DNA from: a virus
Taxonomy: Duplodnaviria > Caudoviricetes
Strand: one strand, 5' to 3'
IMG/VR virus record: IMGVR_UViG_3300025276_000036
Location: 1 to 59,527 of that record
DNA length: 59,527 nucleotides
Below the pieces are notes generated by a model. That model worked only from the letters and a program-made list of their open reading frames with translations, was not told the DNA's origin and ran no database searches. The first letter of the stretch is position 1. Each line of letters opens with the position of its first letter. Position numbers and translations under genes: made by a program. This document shows positions 19,116 to 28,730 of the stretch, one piece after another.

Positions 19116-21437
19116 ATGGCTCAATATAATAACGGTGACGCAATCTTAGGAGTAATTCGAGGTTACGGTGCTATGGCAAATAGTCAAGCGGTGCGGGATC
19201 AGAACGCGGCGGACGAGAAGCGTCGTGTTGCCCGAGAGGAGCGAGCGGCTGAGCAGTCTGAGTACGACATAAGTCAGCGGAAAATAACCGAAGATTCCAA
19301 GCAGCAAACCTTAAAAAACGCTAAGCAAGCGTATGACCAAAGCGAGGAAACTTATGCCTATAACAAATTACAGCGGGAGAGCGCCCGGAAGTTAGCGGAT
19401 TCGCAGATTGAACTTTCGGAAGCAAACGTAACCGGAAAAGTTCAGCAGAATGCAGATGCCCTCTATGCTTCAAATAAGGTTAAAACGACAGACTCCAACA
19501 TCCGCATGACGGACTTGATAGCCGGGACGAACCAGTTCGATCCCTATAACCCAACTAAATTAACAGACCCCGTAGCCTTTATGCAGGAAAACTCAGAGCT
19601 TGCGGCGTCTATGTTTAGCAGACAGGCCGCGTACCAGTTCACTATGATCGATGGCGAAAAAGTAGACATCGATGTGGTAGGTTTTGATGTTACCGATACA
19701 AGTGTGGTCCCCCAACTTGTGATTGCAAGTGGCCCCAGAGCCGGTGAGCGCGTACCGCCTACCACGGGTGCAACAAACGATCCGAGTGACGACAAGATCG
19801 ACGCCATGACCCATGCAACGGCGGCAAAGCTCATGCAAAATTCGATGACGTCAGTAATCAGCAACGGCGGCTCCACGTCTAAAGCATTTCAGGCCAAGAT
19901 AAATGTTAACGCGGCCATGGCGGCAGAGACAGCCGGTGAGATAAGAGTGCAAGGGTTGCGTGACGCAGTGGAGCGACAAGTCTCATTACAGCAGATGAAC
20001 GATCCGGCACTTGCTCGTCAATTTATTAGCGAAGTCGCTATGACAGATGACTATGACGAATTATTAGAGTTGTATAAGACGGTCGGCGGCGACCCCGCAG
20101 AGCTTGAAGCAGAGGAAGCAGCGCGTAACGCAGGAACGAGCGAGTCATCACAAACTCCATTTGGGCGCGCACTTAATCCTCCGGGCGAGCAATACGTAGG
20201 CCGAGGAATTGGGATAACCTCGTCTGAATCGTGGGGAGCCATAGGCGATAAAATGGGTCGGTCCGGCCTCGAAACTGAGGGCCAACGGGCCTCCTATGAC
20301 TGGCTAGAAAATGAGATATCCTCAAGCGACATCGGATCGAAAGGCGGCAAGTCAGGCTATCTGTTCTCAAAGCAGTCAGATGAAGATTATGAGCTAAATA
20401 CTGCCGCAGAAAAATTCTTTGACCAAGGCGAGAACAAGGCGCACATAGCGCGTGTGATCGAGTCAAACCCGAACGCTAAGAAGAAGTTTGCTGAGATGGG
20501 TCCGGCGAAGTTCTTGGCTACCTATGGGACAGATACCGAAGGCAACCCTGTCGATGCCAAAGACATTGGGGGGGACATTACGCCACCGCCATTCAAGCTC
20601 GACATCGACACTATAAAAGCGGCCATCGCAGACAAGTCAAAAGAAGCGACTCCCCAACAAAAGGAGCAGATGGTTGAGTTTCTAACAGGCCAAGATATTC
20701 TCTCGCAAGAGGATTTCGATGCCAAAGTAGCAGAGGGCAAGCTAACCGAACTACAAGCTATTCGGGCGGTATGGGTCGCGCACTCGTGGTCAGAAGCATC
20801 TGACAGAACCGCCATTGCTAATAACCAGATAGATGAGATTGAAAGGAATGGGCGAACCGAAGCCCAAGTAGATGCGAACGCAAACAATGCTCTTAAGGCG
20901 CGAGCATTGCGCGAAGACAAAGCTAAAGTGGCGAAAGCTAAAGTAGTAGCTAAAGAAGTAGAGACTGCGGGCACCGTCTCAGACACGCACACAAAGCGAT
21001 TTTTGGAAATAACGACTGACGAAGAAGACGGAGGGCGCCTCCCTCCTAGTCAGGCATTGAATAAAAAGCTTAGTACTTCCTTGCGCGGCATGTTCGCTAG
21101 ACTAAAAAGCGCGCAGTCCCAAGAGGCAAAGCAAGCTTATGTCGACGGCATAAACCCTACTGTAAGTTATATTCTTCAAGGTGAAGCGGCGAAAAACCCC
21201 TCTCTTTTAGGGTGGCTTGGTGAAGTGCTAACCCCAGGCGAGCAAGAAGTTGGAGCGGGACAGGTAGGCGACTTTAACCTCAACTATGTCCGTAACTCTG
21301 ATGATGGAGACTTAGTCTATGTCGGGCCAAACGGGGTTGCCGGTGAGTCCATATCAAGGAAAGACTTAGAAGCGATGGACATCAACATTTACAAAATGCT
21401 TAAACTCGCTGCCGACTTAAATGGTCAAGAGGGATAA
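19116..21437 (+). CDS. Internal virion (ejection) protein (773 aa)
   Basis: AAGGAG RBS; N-terminal coiled coil; position in the ejection cluster. Confidence 0.65.
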   Translation: MAQYNNGDAILGVIRGYGAMANSQAVRDQNAADEKRRVAREERAAEQSEYDISQRKITEDSKQQTLKNAKQAYDQSEETYAYNKLQRESARKLADSQIELSEANVTGKVQQNADALYASNKVKTTDSNIRMTDLIAGTNQFDPYNPTKLTDPVAFMQENSELAASMFSRQAAYQFTMIDGEKVDIDVVGFDVTDTSVVPQLVIASGPRAGERVPPTTGATNDPSDDKIDAMTHATAAKLMQNSMTSVISNGGSTSKAFQAKINVNAAMAAETAGEIRVQGLRDAVERQVSLQQMNDPALARQFISEVAMTDDYDELLELYKTVGGDPAELEAEEAARNAGTSESSQTPFGRALNPPGEQYVGRGIGITSSESWGAIGDKMGRSGLETEGQRASYDWLENEISSSDIGSKGGKSGYLFSKQSDEDYELNTAAEKFFDQGENKAHIARVIESNPNAKKKFAEMGPAKFLATYGTDTEGNPVDAKDIGGDITPPPFKLDIDTIKAAIADKSKEATPQQKEQMVEFLTGQDILSQEDFDAKVAEGKLTELQAIRAVWVAHSWSEASDRTAIANNQIDEIERNGRTEAQVDANANNALKARALREDKAKVAKAKVVAKEVETAGTVSDTHTKRFLEITTDEEDGGRLPPSQALNKKLSTSLRGMFARLKSAQSQEAKQAYVDGINPTVSYILQGEAAKNPSLLGWLGEVLTPGEQEVGAGQVGDFNLNYVRNSDDGDLVYVGPNGVAGESISRKDLEAMDINIYKMLKLAADLNGQEG

Positions 21438-21440
21438 ATA

Positions 21441-24400
21441 ATGGCTCAAGACCCGTTCCAGACACTTCTTTTTGGAGAAGAGAAACCGGCTGAGTTAATG
21501 GCTGATAGGCTCGATGCTCCGAGTGAGGCCCCTGACCGCAGTGCGTTCGAGGTCTTCGGCGCAAACGCACAGGCGGGTATAAAAGGCATATCCTCTGATC
21601 TTGAGTACTTTAAAGCTGCCGGTCAAACACTTATTGGCGATAAGAAAGGTGCCGCAGAAAGCATAAGAGATGCACGCTCCTTAGAAGCATTAGCCGGTAT
21701 AGACACGGATGGGATTGAGACCTTCTCAGATTTTTTAGAAGAACCGACGATCGAAGGGTTCTTCACACAAGTCTTGGCAGGTACAGGTCAGATACTGCCC
21801 AGTGCGATCATGTCTATCGGGTCAGCGGGTGTAGGTGCCATTACCGCAAAGGTCGCCACGAAACAGGGATCAAAACACTTAACAAAAAAACTAATACAAG
21901 AAGCCGCTCAAGCGACGGCTGATGGTACAGCGAACGCCACGCAAAAACGAATCGCGCAAGGTAGCTACGAAGCTCTGCGGGAACTTGCTCAGTTAAAGAA
22001 CATGCAGAAAGGCGGCATCATTGGCGCGGGCTTAGCTGAATACGCACCTCTTACAGGCGGGAATGTATCAGAAGCACTTGAAGCAGGCAAAGAACTAGAC
22101 CGAGGTCAGGCACTTCGCGCAGGTACAGTAGCTATCCCGCAAGCGGCGATTGGTGTGCTAGGTGAAATCGGCTTGGCAAAAATGATTGGAAAGATGGCGA
22201 GTAAAAAAGCCACTACCGAAACCTCTATATGGAACAAGGTCGCCGAAGACTTTCTAAAGGGTGGCGTCACAGAAGGCGGCGCTGAACTTGTCCAAGAGGG
22301 TATATCGGTAGCAAACCGCGTGGACTTAGAACCCACGTATGCGGAAGCAGATCAGAACTTACGTCTATCGCAAGCATTGTTCACAGGTTTCTTTGGTGGT
22401 GGTGCACTTGCCGGTGGTGGTTCTGCCGTATCAAGTACCGCACAAAGTATCGTGAAACAGTCATCAGAGATGACGGAAAAGATTAAAGCTTATGCGACTG
22501 AAAAAGCCGCAGCAGATGAGATAACAGGAGGTGTAGAAGTTGGGCAAACGACACAGGAATCCGAACGTGACATAAACGGTCAGATTTCTGCAATGCTTGA
22601 TTCCACCAGTAGCAAAGAGGCTGTATGGATTAGTGGTACGGAGCCTGATGAACGCATAAAAGGGTCACGCCCTAACAAAGTACGCAAGATGAAAGTCTCC
22701 TCAGAAGGCGGAGAAGAGACTGCTTACGGCGCATTTATACCAGGGAGAGGCACCATTATATCCACTGATAGCGAGGTAGTATCCGAGGTTATTAAAGGAG
22801 CCGCATCAGACGCTACTCTCTCTGCCGCCCTTGGATACAGTAGGGTAAAAGAACCTGGCGATGATCTTATCGTAAGGGTTTATAACGAGGCGGGTGATGT
22901 AGTTTCTGAACAAACTACTAACGCTGAAGGTATAGCAGATGCAGAACAAGCCGCACTTCGCCTCACACCTAAAGGCGGTCGCCAAGAAACATTAGGCGTT
23001 GAAGAAGCGATGGTCGACCGCGCAAAACGCACGGGTCCAAAAGTTTCGATGATGCAGGATGAAGACGGCGATGTTGACTCCGATCAGCAACTGGATGAGC
23101 AAGAATTACTAGAGCGATCTCAGAACGATAGTGAATTTGATGCAAACTCCACCACCATTGAACCTACGACACATAGACATACTTTTATAAAGGATGGTCA
23201 GGAGGTCGATTCTTATAAGGCCGCTACTGGCGAGAACGCCTATGAGGGTGTTGGCGGAGCGCGAGCTAATTGGGAGAATGTCTCTAACCAACAGTACGAC
23301 TGGTCACAGCCCTATTTCCAAGCTATGCCTAAGAGCATGCTAGAGACTGCGGCGAAGATACAAGAAAGCTCTCCGAATGAAACGGTCATGATTAAGCAGA
23401 ACGAAGATGGCGCGTATGCCATTGAAGTTGAAACATCGCCGGACTCAGAGTTAATTCGATGGGTGCCAAGTGCCAAGCAAAAACAAAAAGGCGCGCCCGA
23501 CGAGATGGTTCCAAAGAGCGTATTTGTACAGCGAGCCATAACGCAAGCGAGCCAATCAAAGCCAGAGTTCCGTACCTTCGATGTTACCGCCCCAGGCGCG
23601 ACCAAGTCGGTCGCGGTAAACCCTGCTGACCTTATGAATTCGGGTCGCCGAATAGAAGAGTCCTTAACGGGGCAGTTCTCCGGCGGTATAGATTCAATGC
23701 GTAATGGTTTATTAGGTATGTTGGCTGAGTTAACCATACAGGGATACGACGTAGAAGTTGGTGGCACACATATTGATGACATACTTAAAAATTTCGCTAC
23801 TAAGTCAAAGTTCAAAGAGTTTGGTGGAGTCCCCCCGTCCATCGCAAACGTCGAAGTAGGACGTGACAGCGGTAACCAACCTGTAAAACTACACCAAGTT
23901 TTAAGGCCGAAAGCGACCACTAGGGAAACACTTGATGACGCGAAAGACGGCGTAACAGTAGCCACCTCGCCTGAGCGCACTCAAGAACAGGTAGTAACTT
24001 ACGACGATGAGGGTAACGAGCTTAATCGACGTGTTGGTAGTACCGATGATGGTTTTGTTGGTACTGGCGGCGTGGACGCGACCGTTAGAGATAGGGGGTC
24101 GGTCATTGACGGCTCCGCAGTCGAACCCATGCTTAGAGACGATGCCGCAGAAGCTCGACAGAATCAAGATACAGGTAATACGAACACGAGTGAGATGTCC
24201 GAAGACTCTTCTCGCAGTCGGGGCGATATACTAACGACCTTAAACCTTCAAGACGCGCTCAACCGTGACTCTACGCAAAACGTACCCATAGGTAGCGCGC
24301 CTTCAACGTCATCTACGAGCCGTGGCCAAAGGCGCAAATTATATAAGAAGTCAGGCATTAGCTATCCGTTTGGTTCTATGGGCGCAGAAGTTGCGACCCT

Positions 24401-27400
24401 GATGAAGCGGCTCGGCCATGCGATAAAACTCAAATCCCCCGTATCAGTTGTCAGTCTACAAGGCTTTAACGACGCAACGCGCCTACAGCTAGATGGATAC
24501 ATCGGCAAAAGAAGTTCCGACGCCGCTCGTACCGCTAGAACAATTCTTAACGGTGGCAATATCTCTGCTCGGAAAGCCACTGAAACACAAAAAGCTCGAA
24601 GAGCCTCGTCACGTAAACCATTAGATTTGTCCGATAAAGAATCAGTAGGCAAGTACTTCTTAAAGCTGTCTCAGGCCGGACTACTTAATGACAAGTTAAG
24701 CACGGCAATAGATGAGCTTGGCGATCCTACAAAGGTAGGCGATGAGATTGTCAGGCACGCCGCTCAAAGCGTATTAACACCAATGACATCCTCCCCTTCT
24801 GTCGCGAAGCACTTGTCGCAGTTACTTGTACACAACTTCGCCGCAAAACGTATGAGGGGTTTCCATATACCCTACGACGGCGCTACGTTGATTATGGTTA
24901 ACGACCTCCATAATACAAATGAAGTAGGACTTGCTTTGACAGCGGCCCATGAAATGGGACATGCCTTATTTAAAGAAGAGATTAACAGTACGCTTACTAA
25001 TCCTGCGGTCTACAAGAGGCTAGTAACAGCGTTCGAAACAGAGCGCAACGCTGCACGAGAGTCAGGCAAGCCGGTTACTCAGTGGGAAGAAGATGGCTTT
25101 GAAGAGTGGTACGCCGACAAGGTAGCGGCTTGGGCTAAAGAAGACATGCTTGGCGATAAGCGCGCAGCGAAGTCCGCAGTTGACAGTCACTTCAAACGGG
25201 TCGCCGCTAGGTTTAGAGCCTTGTGGAAAGCGCTAACCAACCATTCTATTTTCCGCCGTACTGAGACCGTGCCTCCAAGATTCAGATCCTACATGAACGG
25301 CGTAAAGGTGACTCGACATGCGACTAAAGAGACAATCATAACCCCGATTTATAATCCAGAGGGCGCGGTTGTCGGTTATGGAACCGCGCTACGTGGTGCA
25401 CGGTTCGGCGGCACAGATCAAAGTGCGCCTAAGAACATCTTTGAAGAAGTCGCCGCGAGGAACGCTAAATCTAAAGTTAAACCCGCCCAACAAGAAACTG
25501 CTCAGCCTGAAATGGCAAAAGGCACCGGCCCTGTTCCGACTGACATACCTTATGAGCAGAAGATGTTCGTACAGGGTATGCGCGAAGAGATCGCAAAAGC
25601 AGGTGGTGTTACGGGACTCGCTAAGGCGTGGTTTATTAAGCAAGGTGAGTGGGGCTTAGAACTAGCTCGAAAGAATAGCTCTGCAATAAAGACGATGGGG
25701 TTACTGGCTTCCGCAGATAATGTTTTGCGGACAACTGTTGGTGACGAAATAGCTGACCTGTTCTACGTCAAAGCCAACTCAAGAACTAGCACAAACCCAG
25801 GTTCTCAAGGCTTTATCAAAGCGCGCGGCCTCGCACGAGATAGGCTTCGCGGAGAGCTATTCAAAATACTTGGTACGAACTGGGATAACGACGCGACAAA
25901 AGCAGCTCTTGCCGCCGCCGCAAGCGGGACTCCTACAGCAGCGCTTAAAAATGCGAAAGCAAAAGAGATTCGTAAGTTCTTAGAGGGCGTACACAAAAAT
26001 TATATAGCGCCCTCCAACACAGACATAGCATTTAGACCTGACTATTTTCCTGTTCTATTAAGCCTAGAGGCGATCGCAGGAGACACGCGAAAGTTCGAGG
26101 CATTCATATTACGCGAAGACCCTGATGCCGACCCGAAGAAGGTAAAAAAAGCTGTTGCTCGCATACTTAAATACCAGAGAGTGGCGGCAACTGATGACAC
26201 ATCTATGGACCTTAATGAGGTCGACTACATGGAGCCAGGTGAAACCGCAGAAGCTAGTATCAGTCTGACAGCTAACATAGACCCGACACGTCTAAAAGAG
26301 AATGGTTTTCTGCAAGGCCCCGAAGTTGCGTTACTAAGTTACCTTGAACAGGTCACAAAACGCGTCGAGTGGAACAAAGCCATAAAAGATAAGAATGGTA
26401 CTAACAGGCTAGAAGCGTTGCTTGCGGATATCTCGCCAGAGCGTAGGGAAATAGCCGAGTCCGTTATCCATACATATCTAGGCAATATAACGCCACTCTC
26501 CCCTTTCTGGAGACAGGCTAGCAGTTACATGCAGATGCTGAACCTTGTCACCATGCTCCCCTTCGCCGTCTTTGCGTCGATTCCCGATTTCGCGGGTTCT
26601 GTCGCGCGCACGCGTGAGTTTAATGGTCTGGTTATGGCCATGAAAGAAGGTGTGAGTATGTACAACGATAAGGCGGCGGCCCTCCGCTTTGCTAACGATA
26701 TTGGAGTTGTACTTCCCGAAGCAACAGCCAACGCCTTTATGTCGCAGGCAGATAGCAATCAGCTTGATCCAAAGGTTCGTGCGGCTACTGATAAGTTTTT
26801 CAAGTGGACAGGGTTGCAAGGCATCACCACGCTCTCACGAGAGTTCGCGTCAGGCATGGGTAAGCGGTTCTTGATAGAGCATGCCAATAATCCTAACAAG
26901 AGGTCTGCTCGTTATTTATCCGACTTGAACGTCACGCCGGAAGACGTCAAGGCTTGGCAGGACAACAACTTTAGTTTCACTGGCCCAGAAGGTGCGGCAG
27001 TAAGACAGGCGCTCGCTGTGTTTGTCGAAGAGTCCGTACTACGGCCCAACCCTGCGGAACGTCCGATATGGGCTTCCGATCCACGGTTCGCGCTTATCTG
27101 GCAGCTAAAGTCATTTCTGTACTCGTTTAATAACGTAATCATAGGCGGTATGGGAAGAGAATTTGTTAAGCGAATCAATGAAGGTGAAGGCGTTATTCCT
27201 GCAATGGGGCCACTGCTATTAATAACAGCGGCGGCATTTATGCCACTAGCCGCATTAGGTCTGGAGTTAAGAGAGTACGCAAAGGTTGGACTGTCTTACA
27301 CATTCACTGACGGTGACGGCCTTAAATATCTTAGAACCGACAAGATGGATTACGGAACGTACTTCGCGGAACTCTGGGGACGATCCGGTCTTGACGGCCC

Positions 27401-27629
27401 GCTAGGTATGCTTTCAATGGCGCAACGAAGTAGTGATTGGGGTGGTTCTGCAATAGCCTCATTACTTGGCCCCACCGCTGAACTTGCAGAAAAAATACTG
27501 TCTGATGGCCCGGTTGACGCGGCTTACAGCAGAATCAACTCGCCTCCCGAAGCAGTCGGCGCAGTATTAGGCGCAGGGTTAATAACTCCTTGGGAGAAAA
27601 TAGGTCGAGTGGCTAGGGTCGCTCTTTAA
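21441..27629 (+). CDS. Giant internal virion protein (2062 aa) with a zincin-like HExxH motif
   Basis: EGGAELVQE and G/A-rich membrane-type segments; AAHEMGHALF...FEEWYAD; C-terminal QLKSF motif resembling large ejection proteins. Confidence 0.75.
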   Translation: MAQDPFQTLLFGEEKPAELMADRLDAPSEAPDRSAFEVFGANAQAGIKGISSDLEYFKAAGQTLIGDKKGAAESIRDARSLEALAGIDTDGIETFSDFLEEPTIEGFFTQVLAGTGQILPSAIMSIGSAGVGAITAKVATKQGSKHLTKKLIQEAAQATADGTANATQKRIAQGSYEALRELAQLKNMQKGGIIGAGLAEYAPLTGGNVSEALEAGKELDRGQALRAGTVAIPQAAIGVLGEIGLAKMIGKMASKKATTETSIWNKVAEDFLKGGVTEGGAELVQEGISVANRVDLEPTYAEADQNLRLSQALFTGFFGGGALAGGGSAVSSTAQSIVKQSSEMTEKIKAYATEKAAADEITGGVEVGQTTQESERDINGQISAMLDSTSSKEAVWISGTEPDERIKGSRPNKVRKMKVSSEGGEETAYGAFIPGRGTIISTDSEVVSEVIKGAASDATLSAALGYSRVKEPGDDLIVRVYNEAGDVVSEQTTNAEGIADAEQAALRLTPKGGRQETLGVEEAMVDRAKRTGPKVSMMQDEDGDVDSDQQLDEQELLERSQNDSEFDANSTTIEPTTHRHTFIKDGQEVDSYKAATGENAYEGVGGARANWENVSNQQYDWSQPYFQAMPKSMLETAAKIQESSPNETVMIKQNEDGAYAIEVETSPDSELIRWVPSAKQKQKGAPDEMVPKSVFVQRAITQASQSKPEFRTFDVTAPGATKSVAVNPADLMNSGRRIEESLTGQFSGGIDSMRNGLLGMLAELTIQGYDVEVGGTHIDDILKNFATKSKFKEFGGVPPSIANVEVGRDSGNQPVKLHQVLRPKATTRETLDDAKDGVTVATSPERTQEQVVTYDDEGNELNRRVGSTDDGFVGTGGVDATVRDRGSVIDGSAVEPMLRDDAAEARQNQDTGNTNTSEMSEDSSRSRGDILTTLNLQDALNRDSTQNVPIGSAPSTSSTSRGQRRKLYKKSGISYPFGSMGAEVATLMKRLGHAIKLKSPVSVVSLQGFNDATRLQLDGYIGKRSSDAARTARTILNGGNISARKATETQKARRASSRKPLDLSDKESVGKYFLKLSQAGLLNDKLSTAIDELGDPTKVGDEIVRHAAQSVLTPMTSSPSVAKHLSQLLVHNFAAKRMRGFHIPYDGATLIMVNDLHNTNEVGLALTAAHEMGHALFKEEINSTLTNPAVYKRLVTAFETERNAARESGKPVTQWEEDGFEEWYADKVAAWAKEDMLGDKRAAKSAVDSHFKRVAARFRALWKALTNHSIFRRTETVPPRFRSYMNGVKVTRHATKETIITPIYNPEGAVVGYGTALRGARFGGTDQSAPKNIFEEVAARNAKSKVKPAQQETAQPEMAKGTGPVPTDIPYEQKMFVQGMREEIAKAGGVTGLAKAWFIKQGEWGLELARKNSSAIKTMGLLASADNVLRTTVGDEIADLFYVKANSRTSTNPGSQGFIKARGLARDRLRGELFKILGTNWDNDATKAALAAAASGTPTAALKNAKAKEIRKFLEGVHKNYIAPSNTDIAFRPDYFPVLLSLEAIAGDTRKFEAFILREDPDADPKKVKKAVARILKYQRVAATDDTSMDLNEVDYMEPGETAEASISLTANIDPTRLKENGFLQGPEVALLSYLEQVTKRVEWNKAIKDKNGTNRLEALLADISPERREIAESVIHTYLGNITPLSPFWRQASSYMQMLNLVTMLPFAVFASIPDFAGSVARTREFNGLVMAMKEGVSMYNDKAAALRFANDIGVVLPEATANAFMSQADSNQLDPKVRAATDKFFKWTGLQGITTLSREFASGMGKRFLIEHANNPNKRSARYLSDLNVTPEDVKAWQDNNFSFTGPEGAAVRQALAVFVEESVLRPNPAERPIWASDPRFALIWQLKSFLYSFNNVIIGGMGREFVKRINEGEGVIPAMGPLLLITAAAFMPLAALGLELREYAKVGLSYTFTDGDGLKYLRTDKMDYGTYFAELWGRSGLDGPLGMLSMAQRSSDWGGSAIASLLGPTAELAEKILSDGPVDAAYSRINSPPEAVGAVLGAGLITPWEKIGRVARVAL

Positions 27630-27630
27630 A

Positions 27631-27924
27631 TTGGGTATAGAAATGGAAACATCTAAAGTAGATCAACGCTTTGATCGCCTTGAGAACAAAATAGACAAAC
27701 TGACTGAGGTTTTGGCGAGCGTCGCACGCGTAGAGGAAAAACTGCTAGCGAGCAATGGTCGCACAGATAGGCATGAGTTTCGTCTAGATGAACAAGAAAA
27801 AAAGCTTGAAGAGACCGTGACTCATACATCGCGGAACAGCACCGTTGCGAAAATAGGTGTTTGGCTAGCCGGATCTATCTGGATGGCCGGACTTAGTTGT
27901 GTAATTTTTATAATTAGGAGTTAG
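27631..27924 (+). CDS. Coiled-coil protein with C-terminal TM segment (holin/lysis accessory candidate)
   Basis: RFDRLENKIDKL...LARVEEK-like coiled coil plus a terminal hydrophobic helix; first gene of the lysis cassette. Confidence 0.55.
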   Translation: MGIEMETSKVDQRFDRLENKIDKLTEVLASVARVEEKLLASNGRTDRHEFRLDEQEKKLEETVTHTSRNSTVAKIGVWLAGSIWMAGLSCVIFIIRS

Positions 27925-27928
27925 GTAA

Positions 27929-28288
27929 ATGGGCATTCTTAGCAATATTCTAGGCAGTGGTGACGTTATTAGCAAAGGTATTGAGCTTATTGACTCCATG
28001 CATACCTCCAAAACTGAAGAGATAGAAGCTAAAACTAAGGCCAAGACAGATTTATTAACGGCTTACTCTCCATTTAAAGTTGCTCAAAGATACCTTGCTC
28101 TTATATTTTCCTTTACCTTTGTTGGCTCATACATAATGGTACTGCTCTTATTTTTTAAGACGGGAGAGGTTACGGAAGTCGAAGAGATCATTAGTGCATT
28201 TAAAATAGATTGGATAATGCTAACCATTGTAGGATTTTACTTTGGAGGTGGTGCGTTTGAAGGTATTTTAGGGCAAAAAAAGAAGTGA
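27929..28288 (+). CDS. Holin-like membrane protein
   Basis: Two TM segments, IVGFYFGG motif, basic C-terminus; adjacent to the endolysin candidate. Confidence 0.65.
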   Translation: MGILSNILGSGDVISKGIELIDSMHTSKTEEIEAKTKAKTDLLTAYSPFKVAQRYLALIFSFTFVGSYIMVLLLFFKTGEVTEVEEIISAFKIDWIMLTIVGFYFGGGAFEGILGQKKK

Positions 28289-28680
28289 AAGAGTTAATAC
28301 TTAAAAGGGAGTACAGACCCTACATAACACTGGGGTCCCTACTATTACCCAACGGGGATAGCTTAAAGACGCTTGAGCGTGCCTGGATAAATAACGAACC
28401 AAACATCTCTTGTATCCCCGAGGGTGAGTATATATGTAAGTGGATGGAAGCATCTGCCTCGGGCAAATATAAGAGGGTCTGGCACCTTCAAGATGTAGAG
28501 GGCCGCTCCGCCATTTTGATACATGCGGGAAACTTAGTACGCCATACAAAAGGCTGTATTTTAGTAGGCAAGCACCACGGTCAAATAAAAGGCCAAGACG
28601 CGGTCCTTAGTTCAAAGCCCGCACTAAATAAACTTAGACGGGCCTTTGAAGGCAGCGATTTTAAGTTAAGAATTGGGTAG
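28285..28680 (+). CDS. DUF5675-family putative endolysin
   Basis: TLER.W..N...ISCIPEGEY...GRSAILIHAGN...HTKGCILVG. Confidence 0.8.
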   Translation: MKELILKREYRPYITLGSLLLPNGDSLKTLERAWINNEPNISCIPEGEYICKWMEASASGKYKRVWHLQDVEGRSAILIHAGNLVRHTKGCILVGKHHGQIKGQDAVLSSKPALNKLRRAFEGSDFKLRIG

Positions 28681-28685
28681 CATTA

Positions 28686-28705
28686 TATTAGCGATACTAA
28701 TATAA
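28686..28705 (+). promoter_or_regulatory. Operator TATTAGCGATACTAATA overlapping a TATAAT -10 box before the tail genes
   Basis: Consensus palindrome in the only gap between the lysis and tail genes. Confidence 0.65.
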
Positions 28706-28730
28706 TAGAGAGACTTTTATTGGGGATTTT

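Noticed and set aside
23312-23980. Long antisense ORFs (for example this 222-aa one, 20522-20992 and 29432-29863)
   Set aside because: They lie opposite well-supported genes, lack RBS or motifs, and are explained by codon bias of the sense gene
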